Assembly (NCBI RefSeq): GCF_004010195.1
Contig: NC_057719.1
Coordinates: 73,328,365-73,392,364 of the forward strand
Origin: Chiloscyllium plagiosum
Taxonomy: Eukaryota
Reading direction: 5' to 3'
DNA: 64,000 bases
Within the stretch, counting starts at the first letter, position 1, and each line of letters begins with the position of its first letter. The translations under genes were made by a program, and so were the position numbers. The notes below the pieces were generated by a model. That model searched no databases, had not been told where the DNA came from, and saw only the letters and a program-made list of their open reading frames with translations. This document shows positions 12,191-25,400 of this stretch, one piece after another.

Positions 12191-12974
12191 CCTTTTATAA
12201 AGTAATTCAACACCAAACACAGTACTCTGAGGTGTGAATTGGCCGACATCTATTTTACTGGAAAGTAATATCGTACAAAACTATCACTTGAAGAGAAACA
12301 CAAGACTCCATTTTAGTTGGTGCATGTTGGTCCCATTTACTTTCTGCGAGTTGCATTTTGTCTCAGGTTCTATGTTGATTCTGTTCGGATGCAGGAGCAC
12401 TTTTGAGAAGCTGAATTCTTGTTCAACAATCTCAACAAGCTGCCTAACATTAAAGCATTTATTATATCAATGATTTGAACTTGAGGACCTTTTAATTTAA
12501 ATCTGTCTCTCTTTGTTCTCCCAGCCTTCCAATTTTCAGCCACTGTACTCTCTTCAGAACTAGTTTCAACTTTGACCGGAAAACTGCTGCATGGGATTTA
12601 GCTTCCCATTATACACCCCAGCCAATTTAACTTTAACTTTGACTTTAACAAAAGCACCTTGGTTAATTTCTGCTGTGTTCCTCATGCATGTATCATTCAC
12701 AAGCTGAGAAGGATGAGTGTTGGAGATTTTCCAAAGTCATCTTTGAATATGTGATCTTAAAAGTGCTTGTGTTCAATAAGGGGAGAAGTGTCCAAAGTGG
12801 ATATAAAACAGAAAAGAAAGATATATATGCTAAAAGTCAAATGTTCCCTTAGATGCAGTTGGGTTATTTTCCAATAGGAACCTTAAGTAGTCTCCTAAAT
12901 CTTAGAAAATTGTCATTGCCACACAAATTCGGATGCAACTAATTGTTTTTGAAAAAACAAAGACTTGTATTTAT

Positions 12975-13345
12975 AGACCAACTTTCAAGAATTTGGAATT
13001 TCCAAAAATGTTTTACAGCCAATAAAGTACTTAGATAGTGATAGCACTTTATAAATGAATGAATTGTGGTAGCTATCTGCGTCCATCCAGCTCCCAATAT
13101 GTCAGTGATAAGGACCAAATCATTTGTTAGCATGATGTTGATTGAAAGATAAATATTGGTAAAGGCACTGCCTTTCTGTGAAATAGTGTCAGAGGACTTT
13201 TGAAATACATCTGAGAGGGCAGATGAGGCTATGGTTTAATGTATTATCTTGGACACCACAACTGCAACAATGCGGCCCTACTTCAGTATTACGTTTGTGG
13301 TATCATGCTCAAGTTTGAAATAGATCATGCTCCTAGAACTGTCTG
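12975..13345 (-). mobile_element. DeuSINE (SacSINE1/AmnSINE-like), decayed
   Basis: Recalled Deu-domain blocks: TTTACAGCCAAT.AAGTACTT, GATGTTGATTGA..GATAAATATTGG, GAAATAGTG, CTGAGAGGGCAGA.G.GGC...GGTTTAA. Confidence 0.7.
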
Positions 13346-13719
13346 ACTTTTTACATGTATTGAAGTTTTTGTTCATAATTTGGTTTAATATGAGTTTTGC
13401 TCTTCTGCAGTACAATGCACCTCAACAATGTTGCACAACACTCTGTTCTGGAACAGTGCAGTTCTTCCATTTCTGCATTGCTGTTGATTTCGTGCCAAAT
13501 TGCAGGTGGAGTTCTTTTCCGTGCAAGAAGCTCACAGTGACTAGGGTCTGCCTCCATGCTGCCTGAGTTACCCTCACCTTTGCACTTACAAGTGACAATG
13601 GAGAAGGAACATCCATCTCATCAGTCTTAACTGAAGGAAACAGCTCTTGCAAAGGCTTTAATAAAGAGAGAGCATGCTAAAGCACAACTCCACTTCATTT
13701 CCTCTGTGAAACTTTGACT

Positions 13720-14022
13720 GGGTAGCATGGTGGCTCAGTGGTTAGCACTGGTTCAATTCCAGCCTCGGTGACTGTCTGTGTGGAGTTTGCACATTTTCCT
13801 TGTATTGGTGTGGGTTTCTTTTGGGTGCTCCAGTTTCCTCCCACAGTCCAAAGGTGTGCAGGTAGGTGGATTAGCCATGATAAGTTGCCTGTAGTGTCCA
13901 GGGATGTATAGGTTAGGTGGACGAGCCATGGGATATGCAGGAATACATATGCTCTTCAGGGGTTTGCTGTAGATTCAACAAATGGACTGAATGACCTGCT
14001 TCCACACCGTCAGGATTCAATG
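13720..14022 (+). mobile_element. HE1-type V-SINE (older, partly deleted)
   Basis: TGGCTCAGTGG A-box, GGTTCAATTCC B-box, V-domain. Confidence 0.85.
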
Positions 14023-15761
14023 ATGCCTCCAAACTGACCATACAATCTTACATTACAATACAACCCTCAAATGTTTTTATCTAGTTAAATAAGTTTCTTC
14101 CTTTAATCTCTGGGGCATAAAGTTAATTCTTAGATGGTTCCTTTTCTCACATTCCTCCCCCAATCCTCCATTGTAATAGGGTACCCAGCAGCAACCATGA
14201 ACAAGCAGGCCATAAATGGCAACATTAATTTATATTTTCTTCTTTATGTATGCCACATACCATCATTATTCTGGCCACTAATGCATAAGACTTTTGTTAG
14301 TTTGCGTAGATCTGTCCCAGACATGATACAAGGTTCACCAGCAGAAACGTGAAGGCTTGAACCCAATTACCAACAATGGTTGACCTTAACAAACCTGGAT
14401 TCTGCTGGAATGCAATATTAGCTGCTGTTCATGTCACCTCCATAGATGTCCAGTTTCGAGCTACAAGATCTGTTTTGAATATCTCCAATTTAATAAGTTG
14501 TAGCGACAGATACTGGACAGTGCCCTGAGCATAAAGTCAGGATTCTGTTTCCATCAAAACTGTGCAGTGATCGCTCCCACTAATAATATGAAGAGATGCA
14601 GCTGTGACAGGCAAATTGGTTTCAATAAAGTCAAATTGGATTTTCCTGTGGGTTGTTTTGTTCACCATTTGCTGCAGACCAATCTGACAGCTCTGCTGTT
14701 TAGAATTCAGTCAGTTTGGTCAATAGTGGTGTTAGTGAGCCACATTAAACTCCCTCGCTCTAATTGTATTCTCTGTCCTTATTCCTTTCAATGCTTCTAG
14801 TTAATATTCACAATGGAGAATCGCTGATTTGTCAACCAAGGGAAGACTTAAGTGATAATCAACAGATTTTCCTTGTCTATATTTGACCTGATATCAAGAA
14901 ATTTGCAATTTAGGTCAAAGGCTCCCAGTGTCCCTTTCCGTTGACTGAATTCAATGGTACTATCACCTCTTATGGGTATGTCTTGTTTCTGGTAAAAGTC
15001 AAACTCCCAATTTAAGGAAAATGCATCTATTAATGATATGTTCATGATGTAATGCTGATATCAGCCATTACTTGTTATTGAGACTGAGAAGTGTCCAAGA
15101 TAGCAGTATTGCAGAACTCAGTATTGTGTATAATCCTGCGTAATTAAGAGTTTGCATGAATTTCTGAGAGTCTGACACTGGTCACTGTTAGGTAAGACAG
15201 AGAAGTTGACACAGCAAACTGAGCAGAGACAGTACATTCTAAGGAAGTCATCCTTCAGCAGAGCAGGATAGAACACTGAATCTCAAACCTCATGAAAGTT
15301 TAACTCAACCATGAGGAATAATCAGCTACGTAAAGACAAATTAAACTAATATCCAGGATGTTGATGGAGGAATGTGAGACTTTGGATGGAGGTTATGTCT
15401 TCATGACCAAGGCTAAACCAGCCTTGGCTGACCAGACTATGAGTGAGTTCTCACAATTTTGGCACAAGTCCCCAGATGTTACTGAGGAGAACTTTACCAG
15501 GTTAATTCAGTTGGGTCTTGCCTTTTGCATTTCCAGTGCCCAGATCAATGCTGAGTGGTTCAACCTGTATTGTCCTTATCCTTTGTTCCATCCATTTGAT
15601 ACAACAAATGAAAGGTTCATTTGGCCCTTTCAGAGGACATGTAAAAATCAACCACATTACTGCAGATCTAGATTCATATACTGGCCAAACTAAGTCAGGA
15701 AATCTGATACCTATCCCTAAAGCAGAAACTTAATCTTGTCATCTTACATTTTAAACTTACT

Positions 15762-16370
15762 CAGAGTCATAGAGATGTACAGCACGGAAACAGACTCTTC
15801 AACTATACTGATCAGATGTCTTAAATAAATCTAGTCCCATTTACCAGCATTTGGCCCATATCCCCCTCAACTCTTCCAGTTCATATATCTATCCAGATGC
15901 CTTTTAAGTATTGTAATTGTACCAGCCTCCACCAGTTCCTCTGGCAGCTCATTACATACACACACTACCCCTCTGCTTGAAAACGTTGCCCCTTCGACCC
16001 CTTTTAAATTTTTTCCCTCTCACATTAAACCTATGCCCTCTAGTTCTGGATTCCCTCACCCCACGGAAAAGACTTTGTCTATTCACCCTATCCAGCTCAT
16101 TCAAGATTTTATAAGCTTCTGTAAGGTCACCCCTCAGCCTCCGACACACCAGGGAAAACAGCCCCAGCCTATTCAGCCTCTCCCTATAACTCAAACCCAC
16201 CAATTCTGGCAACATTCTTGTAAATCTTTTCTTAACCCTTCCAAGTTTCACAACATCCTCCTTTATAGGAGGGAGGCCAGAATTGCACACAATACTCCAA
16301 AAGTGGCCTAACTAGTGTCCTGCATAGCCGCAACATGACCTCCCAATTCCTATACTCAATGGTCTGTCTA
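15762..16370 (-). mobile_element. CR1/HER1 LINE 3' fragment
   Basis: Minus ORF reads RVKKRFTRMLPELVGLSYRERLNRLGLFSL..RRLRGDL...RTRGHRF. Confidence 0.92.
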
Positions 16371-17419
16371 TGATACAAGCAGTTGTGACATGGTCATTTT
16401 GATTATTGTTTATTGAGTATGTGATAACCAGTGATGAATTCAATGCTTCATCTCAGTTTTAATTGTATTTTATGATGCCCAGAATGATGATAATCAGCGT
16501 ATACCATGTGAAATGTCAGAGTATGTGTAGGAAGGGATAAGGATGAGGTTTGAGTCAAATTGATTGTGTGCTTTTTCAGAGAATTATATCATGTTCTAGT
16601 CTACTGTGAGAAACCAGAATTTCAAAGGGCTGATGGATGCTTCTGTTAGGAAAACAGAAAATTGATAATCTGGTTGTGTGGGCAGTGAAATCCCTTGGCA
16701 GACATTTCACGTCAAAGTGAGAAGAACAAAGATGATAGTTGTTATTGTCTCAGTTGACGTGGGCAGGGAAGCAACTGAAAAATGATGTGTGTCTGCTGGC
16801 AAGATCAGCAATGGACATTAGACTCTGGAGACTCTGTAACTGATCAATTTTAATCACCACAGTATCTAATCAAGAAAAAAATGATGGGCCTAAGTTTCCT
16901 GGTGGAGGCATCTTAGTGTGCAGTGGGACCAAAAGTGTACCACCTTTTAATGAGATTTAAGGATTGACAAAATCAACTAAGAATTATGTGGGTGAATCAG
17001 ATATTGAAAGAGAAATAATGAGAGAAAAGTAAGATTAGAATAATAGAGAGGATAAAGGCGGCAGTGACAAGCTAATAAATGTAAAATTGTATTTTCTAAA
17101 TACCCAACAACCATTTACTACCTAAAGGAATATGGAACCTGTTTCAAAATATTTGCTTCCTTTGAAAAAGAGTTTGATTAGTAGCTATTAATAATTAAAG
17201 GGATAGTTATTTATTACAAGAAAAACTCATTGTATTTAGTAGCAGCTCATTATGAAGATGGACCACTGGATCTGAAACATTACCTCTGATTTCTCTCCAC
17301 AGATGCTGCCAGACCTGCTGAGATTTTCCAGCAATTTATGTTCTTGTTTCAGATCTTCACCATCGTAGTTCTTTTGCTTTTCTTTCCCCAAAGAGAGAGT
17401 CAGTGATTTTTGATATTTT

Positions 17420-17530
17420 CTAATCAATCTGTTCAGAAATGACATTACATATCTCTGGAGAAGGTGGGACTTGAACCCAGACCCCATTACCCAGAGGTAG
17501 GGACAGTATCACTGCACCACAATATTCCTT
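17420..17530 (-). mobile_element. Short tRNA-derived SINE-like element (second copy ~40372-40476)
   Basis: Minus strand reads GTGGTGCAGTGA...GGGTTCAAGTCCCACC (A/B boxes). The two copies are similar over ~100 bp. Confidence 0.65.
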
Positions 17531-17924
17531 TGCAAAACGGGACAGATTAGAACCAACACTGTCACTGATGGTGATACTGAATAAGCCAGGCCAGATGTTT
17601 TTCAAGGTGTGTTGGTGTGGGGAGGTTTGTACAAGGCTTTTCTGGTACAGCTGCCAATGGATGATGTGAGTAACATAGGCGGAGGATCTAAGTCAGATAT
17701 GTATTTCATTGAGAAAGTTAATGGCTGGAGTTTTCCATCTACATTTTCAAGTGTGGCGGTGAGTGCCATGATACAGGATGACCTCACCACAGTGAATGGA
17801 AAAATCCATCGGATCTGGCATCTATCGAATTCTTAAGTGGTCACCCACTGGAATCTTTGGAACATCATTTCCTGGGATGATAATATTTCACTTGATGGAG
17901 GTTGCAACCCAATGAGATGCGGTG

Positions 17925-20900
17925 AACAGCAGCATTGGTTCAGCACTGGCTCTAATGCAATGAGGGGTACGTTGGGTTCCAAGAGATCAATTGTGGGGAC
18001 TCTCCAGTCCGAGGCACAGATAAATGTTTTGTGGCCAGCAGAGAAAAAGCAAAATGGTGCGTTGCTTCCCTGGTGCCAGGATTAAGGATCTCTCAGAGAT
18101 GGTGCAGAATGTCCTCAAGGGAGAGAGGGACCAGCAGCAGGTCATTGTACACATTGGAACCAATGACATAGGAAGGCAAAAGGATGAGATTCTGAAGGGA
18201 GAACATAGAGAGTTAGGCAGGAATTTAAAAAGAGGATCCTCGAGAGTAATAATATTTGGATTACTCCCTGTGCTGCGAGTGAGTGAGGGCAGGAATAGGA
18301 AGATAGGGCAGATGAATGCATGGCTGAGGAGCTGGTGTATGGGGGAAGGATTCACGTTTTTGGACCATTGGAATCTCTTCTGAGGTTAAAGTGACCTGTA
18401 CAAGAAGGACGGATTGCACCTGAATTGGAAGGGGACTAATATATTGGCAGGGAGATTTGCGAGAGATACTCAGGAGGATTTAAACTAGTAAGGTGGGGTG
18501 GGGGGTGGGGCCCAGGGAGATAGTGAGGAAAGGGATTGATCTGAGACGGCTACAGCTGAGAATAGAAGTGAGTCAAACAGTCAGGGCAGGCAGNNNNNNN
18601 NNNNNNNNNNNNNNNNNNNNNNNNNNNNNNNNNNNNNNNNNNNNNNNNNNNNNNNNNNNNNNNNNNNNNNNNNNNNNNNNNNNNNNNNNNNNNNNNNNNN
18701 NNGCAGCTTAATGTTCCAGGATACAAATGCTACAGGAAGGATAGAAAGGGAGGCAAGAGAGGAGGGGGAGTGGTGTTTTTGATAAGGGATAGCATTACAG
18801 TTGTGCTGAGGGAGGTTATTCCTGGAAATACATCCAGGATTTGGGTTGAACTGAGAAATAAGAAAGGGATGATCACCTTATTGAGATTGTAGTATAGACC
18901 CCCTAATAGTCAGAGGGAAATTGACAAACAAACTTGTAAGGAGATCTCAGCTATCTGTAAGAATAATAGGGTGGTTATGGTAGGGGATTTTAACTTTCCA
19001 AACATAGACTGGGACTGCCATATTGTTAAGGGTTTGGGTGGAGAGGAATTTGTTAAGTGTGTACAAGAAAAGTTTCTGATTAAATATGCGGATGTACCTA
19101 CTTTTGGGAAATAAGGCAGTGCAGCTGACTGAGGTGTCAGTGGGCGAGCACTTTGGGGCCAGCGACTATAATTCTATTTGTTTTAAATAATGATGAAAAA
19201 GGATAGACCAGACCCAAGAGTTGAAGTTCTAAATTGGAGGAAGTCTAATTTTGACAGTATTAGGCAAGAACTTTAGAAAGCTGATTGGGGGCAGATATTC
19301 GGAGGTAACGGGACGGCTGGAAAATTGGAAACCTTCAGAAATGAGATAACAAGAATCCAGAGAAAGTGAAAGGAAAGGCTGGTAGGTATAGGGAATGCTG
19401 GATGACTAAAGAAATTGAGGGTTTGGTTAAAAAAGAAGAAAGCATATGTCAGGTATAGACAAGGTAGATCAAATGAATCCTGAGAGTATAAAGGAAGTAG
19501 GAGTATATTTAAGAGGGAAATCAGGATGGCAAAAAGGGGACATAAGATAGCTTTGGCAAATAGAGTTAAGGAGAATCTAAAGGGTTTTTACAAATACATT
19601 AAGGACAATAGGGTAACTAGGGAGAGAATAGGTCCTCTCAAAGATCAACAAGACGGCCTTTCTGTAGAGCCACCGGAGATGGGGGAGATACTAAACGAGT
19701 ATTCTGCATCAGCGTTTACTGTGGAAGAGGACATGGAAGGTATAGACTGTAGGGAAATAATTGGTGACATCTTGAAAAATTTCCATATTAAGAGGAGGAA
19801 GTGCTGAATGTCTTGAAATGCATAAAAGTGGATAAATCCCCAGGACCTCATCAGGTGTACCCAAGAACTCTGTAGGAAGCTAGGGAATTGATTGCTGGGC
19901 CCCTTGTTGAGATATTTGTATCATCGATAGTCACAGGTGAGGTGCCAGAAGTCTGGAGGTTGGCTAACGTGGTGCCACTCTTTAAGAAGGGTGGTTAGGG
20001 CAAGCCAGGGAACTATAGACCAGTGAGCCTGACGTCGGTGGTGGGCAAGTTGTTGGAATAGGGTTTTTTGAAGAAGTAAGAAAGAGGATTGATGAGGGCA
20101 GAGCAATAGATGTGATCTATGTGGACTTTAGTAAGGTGTTAGACAAGGTTCCCCATGGGAAACTGATTAGCAAGGTTAGATCTCATGGACAACAGGGAGA
20201 ACTAGCCATTTGGATACAGAACTGGCTCAAAGACAGAAGACAGAGGGTGGTGGTGGAGGGTTGTTTTTCAAACTGGAGGCCTGTGACCAGTGGAGTGCCA
20301 TAAGGATCGGTGCTGGGTCCATTACTTGTTGTCATTTATATAAATGATTTGGATGTGAGCAGAAGAGGTATAGATAGTAAGTTTGCAGATGACACCAAAA
20401 TTGGAGGTGTAGTGGATAGCGAAGAAAGTTTCCTCAGATTACAATGGCATCTTGAACAGATGGGCTAATGGGCTGAGAAGTGGCAAATGGAGTTTAATTT
20501 AGATAAATGTGAGGTGCTGCATTTTGGGAAAGCAGATCTTAGCAGGACTTATACACTTAATGGTAAGGTCCTAGGGAGTGTTGCTGAACAAAGAGACCTT
20601 GGAGTGCAGGTTCATAGCTCCTTGAAAGTGGAGTCGCAGGTAGATAGGAGAGTGAAGAAGGTGTTTGGTATGCTTTCTTTTATTGGTCAGAGTATTGAGT
20701 ACAGAAGTCTTTTCCCTGGGGTCGGGGAGTTCAGAAATAGAGGGCATAGGTTTAGGGTGCAAGGGGAAAGATATAAAAGAGACCTAAGAGGCAACATTTT
20801 CACGCAGAGGCAACATTTTCACGCATGTGTATGGAATGAGCTGCCAGAGGAAGTGGTGTTGGCTGGTACAATTACAGCATTTAAAAGACATCTGGATGGG

Positions 20901-21034
20901 TATATGAATAGGAAGGGTTTGGAGGGATATGTGCTGGCAGGTGGGACTAGATTGGGTTGGGATATCTGGTTGGCATGGACGGGTTGGACCAAAGGGTCTG
21001 TTTCCATGCTGTACATCTCTATGACTCTGACTCT
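17925..21034 (+). mobile_element. CR1/HER1 LINE, long copy: SGNH-esterase ORF1 C-terminus, decayed ORF2 (endonuclease-RT) and 3' UTR
   Basis: VRCFPGARIKD...VIVHIGTNDIG...DGLHLN (18024-18430). ORF2 motifs YVDFSKVLDKVPH, GVP*GSVLGP, KFADDTK (~20380). Tail ATGACTCTGACTCT. Many stops, internal deletions, and spans the gap. Confidence 0.93.
18594..18702. other. Assembly gap (109 N)
   Basis: Seen directly. Confidence 1.
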
Positions 21035-22239
21035 AACATCAAAGGTAAAAGCAGTGGGTGAGGAAGGCCACCAGTTTTCAGTGGGACATGGGGTGGGGGA
21101 GAATCATGGAGTTGTAATTCTAGGCAGAGGAGGGTCAGGTGATTTGGAAGGAAAGGCAAAGTGTGACTTTCAGTGGCTGCCCCCTGTGCCCCTGATCATT
21201 CCACACTGGGCCAGAGCTCCCTCCCTCCCTCCCTCCCTCCCTCCCTCTACATCAAGATAGTCAGTTTTATCAATCTGCAGGATTGCTGGGTTAATCATGG
21301 AAATGGTGAGAAAAGTGGATACTAATCAAGCACTTTAGGGTCTTAGACATCAATGAGACAGAAGCTTGGACTCATCCAGGACTTAATTCTTATGGTGGTG
21401 GGACAACAGCCGATATGTCCCTCACTCCTAACCTACCCACCATTTTTCCCCTTCCAACACCTTCCCTGCCCCTTTCTTGGGAGCAGGTGACTCCCCTGAA
21501 TGTGTGAGATGTGGACAGTCATGACGAAGAGGCCAGTTATATATTTCAGAATATGAGCTGATCCTCTGGCATGGTGCTATCATCTCGAGGCCATGCTGTA
21601 AACTTTGCATCCTATCCATCGATCCCATCTCTCTTCCTGGATACTGAACCTATTTCTTATGCTCCACCAGACAATCTGCAAACCTTAAGGTTCCTAGTTG
21701 ACCTGAGCTTCCAACCCCATATTTTGGTCAGCACCAAGACTATCTGTTCTTACCTTGGGAATATTGCCTGCCTTTAACTCATTCCATTTGCTGCTGAAAC
21801 CATTATCCTTGCCGTTGCTCTCTCCTTATGCAAATATCTGATTGCTCTCCTGGCTGGCATCCAACCTTCTATCTTTGTCTAAATCTAAGCTCAGCTAAAA
21901 AAAATGTTGCTGATGTCATCACTGGTACCAAGTCCCCTTTGCTATTTGCATATCAATTGAACCTTACAAAGACGTCAGCTGATGGGCATGAGCTGGGGAT
22001 TCACTTGTGCCCCTATTAATAGGAACAGATGGTCGCTGTGTGGATTGAATTTAATGATGCACATTTATCATGTATGTTTCTATAAATAAAAGCTTCCTAT
22101 TATGTAGAGTCGAAGTTCCAATTGTGTCACTTCTTGGACGGTGATTTTAAAGTGTATCATTCACTCACCACGCTTTGAACTCATTGCCCTACATTGAGTC
22201 CAGGTCCAGAACATCTCAGTGTTCTGTAGGGGAAACAAC

Positions 22240-22450
22240 CCTTTAGTGGTGATGTCACTGGACTCGTAATCCTGAGACCCAGGTTAATGTTCTGAGAACA
22301 TGTTCAAAATCCATGGTGGAGATTAAAATCAGTTCATAAATTTGGAATATAAAATAACCTTGACAAGAGTCATCCAAACCCATCTGTAATTCCGTTTAGA
22401 AATGAAATCAGCCACCCTGGCTTACCTGTGACTCCAGAGCCATAGCAATA
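22240..22450 (+). mobile_element. Older tRNA-derived SINE family (related copies ~23335-23690 minus, ~63380-63650 plus, tail pieces ~26715-26850)
   Basis: Shared blocks TAGTGGT.AT.TCACT...GTAAT.C.GA and GGAAATC(T/A)GC..(C/T)CCT. A reverse-complement version is present at 23335-23690. Confidence 0.55.
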
Positions 22451-25400
22451 AAAATCACGCAACATCAGATTATAGCTACCTGATGAAGAAACAGCACTCT
22501 GAAAGCTTGTACTTCCAAATAAACCTGTTGGATTAGAACCTGGTGTTGTGTGATTTCTAATGTCCACCCCAGTCCAATACTGGCACCTCCACATCATGGC
22601 TGTCAAAAATGGCTGTGCAATGCTGCAAGGGGAGGTGGTAGAAACAGATAGGATAAAAAAAAGTAAAACGGATTAAGATTCACCTGTGAATAGAGGGAAA
22701 CAGACCAAGTGCAGGCGGAGGGGATTAATTTAAAATGGCACCATGGTCGGCACAGACATGGTGGGCTGAAGGACCTGATCCTTTGCTGTGATTTATGTTC
22801 CAAGACGCTCAGTACAAAGGGAATTAGGGATCGGCAAAACATGCTTGCCTTGCTACCAACCCTCACAGACCGTCAAAGAAGTTTTTTTAAAAAATCCCTC
22901 CATAGCTGCTGCCATGTCTTTCAGCCTGACAGCCCCTCAAGTTCTCTATGTTCTTCTAATTCTGGCCTCTTGGGCATCCTTCACATCCATGACACCACCA
23001 GCTCTCTTCTCTCCTCCTTTGAAATGCTTGTGATCACCTGTTCTTGCTATCTACTGTAACGTCTGTTTAAGTGGAGCAGTGTCAAATTGTTTGAGAATGT
23101 TCAGGCAAAGTACCTGAGACAGTGTCCCAGTAAAAGATGCAATGTAAATGCAAGTTGTATAGATTTGTCTGATAAATTGCAGCACTTTGAATGAGTTATT
23201 AATAGATTTGTACTGTTTACCCACATCTCTCTCATGTTTGCTGCTTTTGATTTCCAACATTTGGCAGGATTTGTATTGTATTAGTACATTTGTTATTTAC
23301 TCGTCTATGCTGCTACTTTGATTCACAACTTTTTTAAATTCACTCGTGTGATAGGTGTCACTGGCTAGGCCAGCATTTATTGCCAATCCTTAAGGACAAT
23401 TAAGAGGAAACCACATTGCTGTGAAAATGGAGTCAAATATAGGCCAGATCAGGCAAGGATGACAGATTTTGTTCACTTAAGGACATTAGTGAACAAGATG
23501 GGTTTTTGTAACAATTGACAGTGATCCTATGCTCACCATTAAGCTAGCTTTTTATTCAATTCAAATTTGACTATCAGCCATGTTGAGATTCAAAACCATG
23601 ACCCTAGAAAGTTTGGAGAAAGTGAGGAAGACTATACCCCAGAACGTTAGCCTGGGGTTCGAGATTACTAGTCTAATGACATAACCACGACATTATAGTC
23701 TCTCCCATAAACATATAAAATTGTGGCATAAACTGATCAATGAATTGTACATGAATGAGTGCCCAATTTGATCTGTGACTTCTCCCTTTGACAACAAACC
23801 TCTTCCCAGTTTGGTACTGCCTCACCAGCATAGAGTAATGATTTGAAGGTCTAGTTTGGAGAGAAATGCAGACCTGTATTCCGTACACTCACTGTTGGGA
23901 CGGGTGACATTAGGGCTAATTGGCTCCTTACCTCCAGCAGTGACAGAGCCTACCAAACCTAGCTTCAGTACCAGTAGATACCAAAGTGCTGACCGGCAAG
24001 CTTCCCATCCAATCAGGATCGTTGCCATTGAAATCCTGCACTGCCTGAGGTGGTCAGCCAATCAGAAGCCAGCAGTGTTACTAAGCTTTGCAGCATTGGT
24101 GGAGGTCCAGGCTGTGCAGCCAATAAGGAACTGCACTAGTGAGCCACTCGGTGTCTTTTTACAGGTGTCCATGTGCTGGGGGTTGCAGGGAGGGGTCGCG
24201 CGGTCAGTGGAGCAAGGTCAGGCTGTGTGGTGAAACGGTTAAAAATTATGTCCCAATACATGTGTGAATCTAACCGGGCCTCTTGGTCGTTTGTTCTGTG
24301 TCAGACTACTCTCCTACGAACCTGACCTTGAGAATTTTTTAAAACAGGCTGCCATTCCTATTCCCAATTGTGCCAAACTGGAGCAAAAGGGAGGGGTCCC
24401 CTCCCCCTTACACCCAGCAGGTAGATCATTGCTTTTGCCTGCTGGGAAGGTAGATATTAAGCTGGTGGCGGGTTTAGGGCCTCACCTTGACGCCTTGAAG
24501 TAGTTGTTAATTGTTAATGAAAAGTCCTGAATTGATGGCGGATCAAAAAGTTATTCCATGGGCTGTCTTGCCCAAAATTTATTTGCCAAATTGGTAAGAA
24601 GGAGGCGAGTACCTCTCTGGGGCTGATTCATCCAATTATTGGCCCTTATCCATACTGGCAGGGGGCAAATTGACCCAAGGCTGTGGGCCTACATCTTAGC
24701 CCAATGATGTTGCAGTTTGACAAGTACCACCAGTGAGCCTTATAGTTCTCTTCTAAACTTGTGCCTTCACAATATCACAGCTGCGTTTTCTGTATCTGAA
24801 TGAATCAGAACAGAAAAAAGTTGTTTAAAAAGGCAGAAGAAATTAGGGGCAGATGAGGCAGAGTTCTTGGTTGGTGGGTAGCAATTGGTAGGATTTGAAC
24901 TGTGCTGCAAGTTATTCATTTCAAAGCTGCAAAGCACCACTTTAAGAAACACGTCATCTCAAGAAATCCTGTTCACAGTCAGCATGTATGTTGGATCTGA
25001 CAAATAAGTAACAACATATAAAGTGAGTATAGAGCAGTGAACTGGATTTTTATGTGTGGGGCAGTGGATTCAATCTGGCATTGTTGAAATTGAATCTGAA
25101 AAGGGAGATCAATACTTCATCCTGGCTTTTTATGTGGAGAACAGAGTGTGACTAAATCCAGGGATGAAAGGCAGAAGCCTCTTTGAGCTTTTATGTGTGG
25201 CTGCCTCAGTCATTTTAATCGTGAATCAAATTCAGATGAAAGTTGCACCAGCCAAATAAATAGGCCCAGATTTGATCAAATATCTGAGTGAATTAATCTT
25301 GACTGAGATGGCAGTGGTAATTTGATAATTTATTTCAATGTTTCTGGGAGGAGAGAAAGAAAATGAGCAAGAGTTCCTTCTCTTGGTCACTCTGCAGCAA

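Noticed and set aside
17420..17530. tRNA gene
   Set aside because: Has A/B boxes but no convincing cloverleaf. A diverged second copy at ~40372 shares non-tRNA flank, so it is SINE-like.
18594..18702. ORF 18493-18711 spanning X residues
   Set aside because: Artefact of the assembly gap.
20487..21260. 257-aa ORF as a host gene
   Set aside because: It is the CR1 ORF2 C-terminus running through the 3' UTR into flanking DNA and a (CCCT)n repeat.
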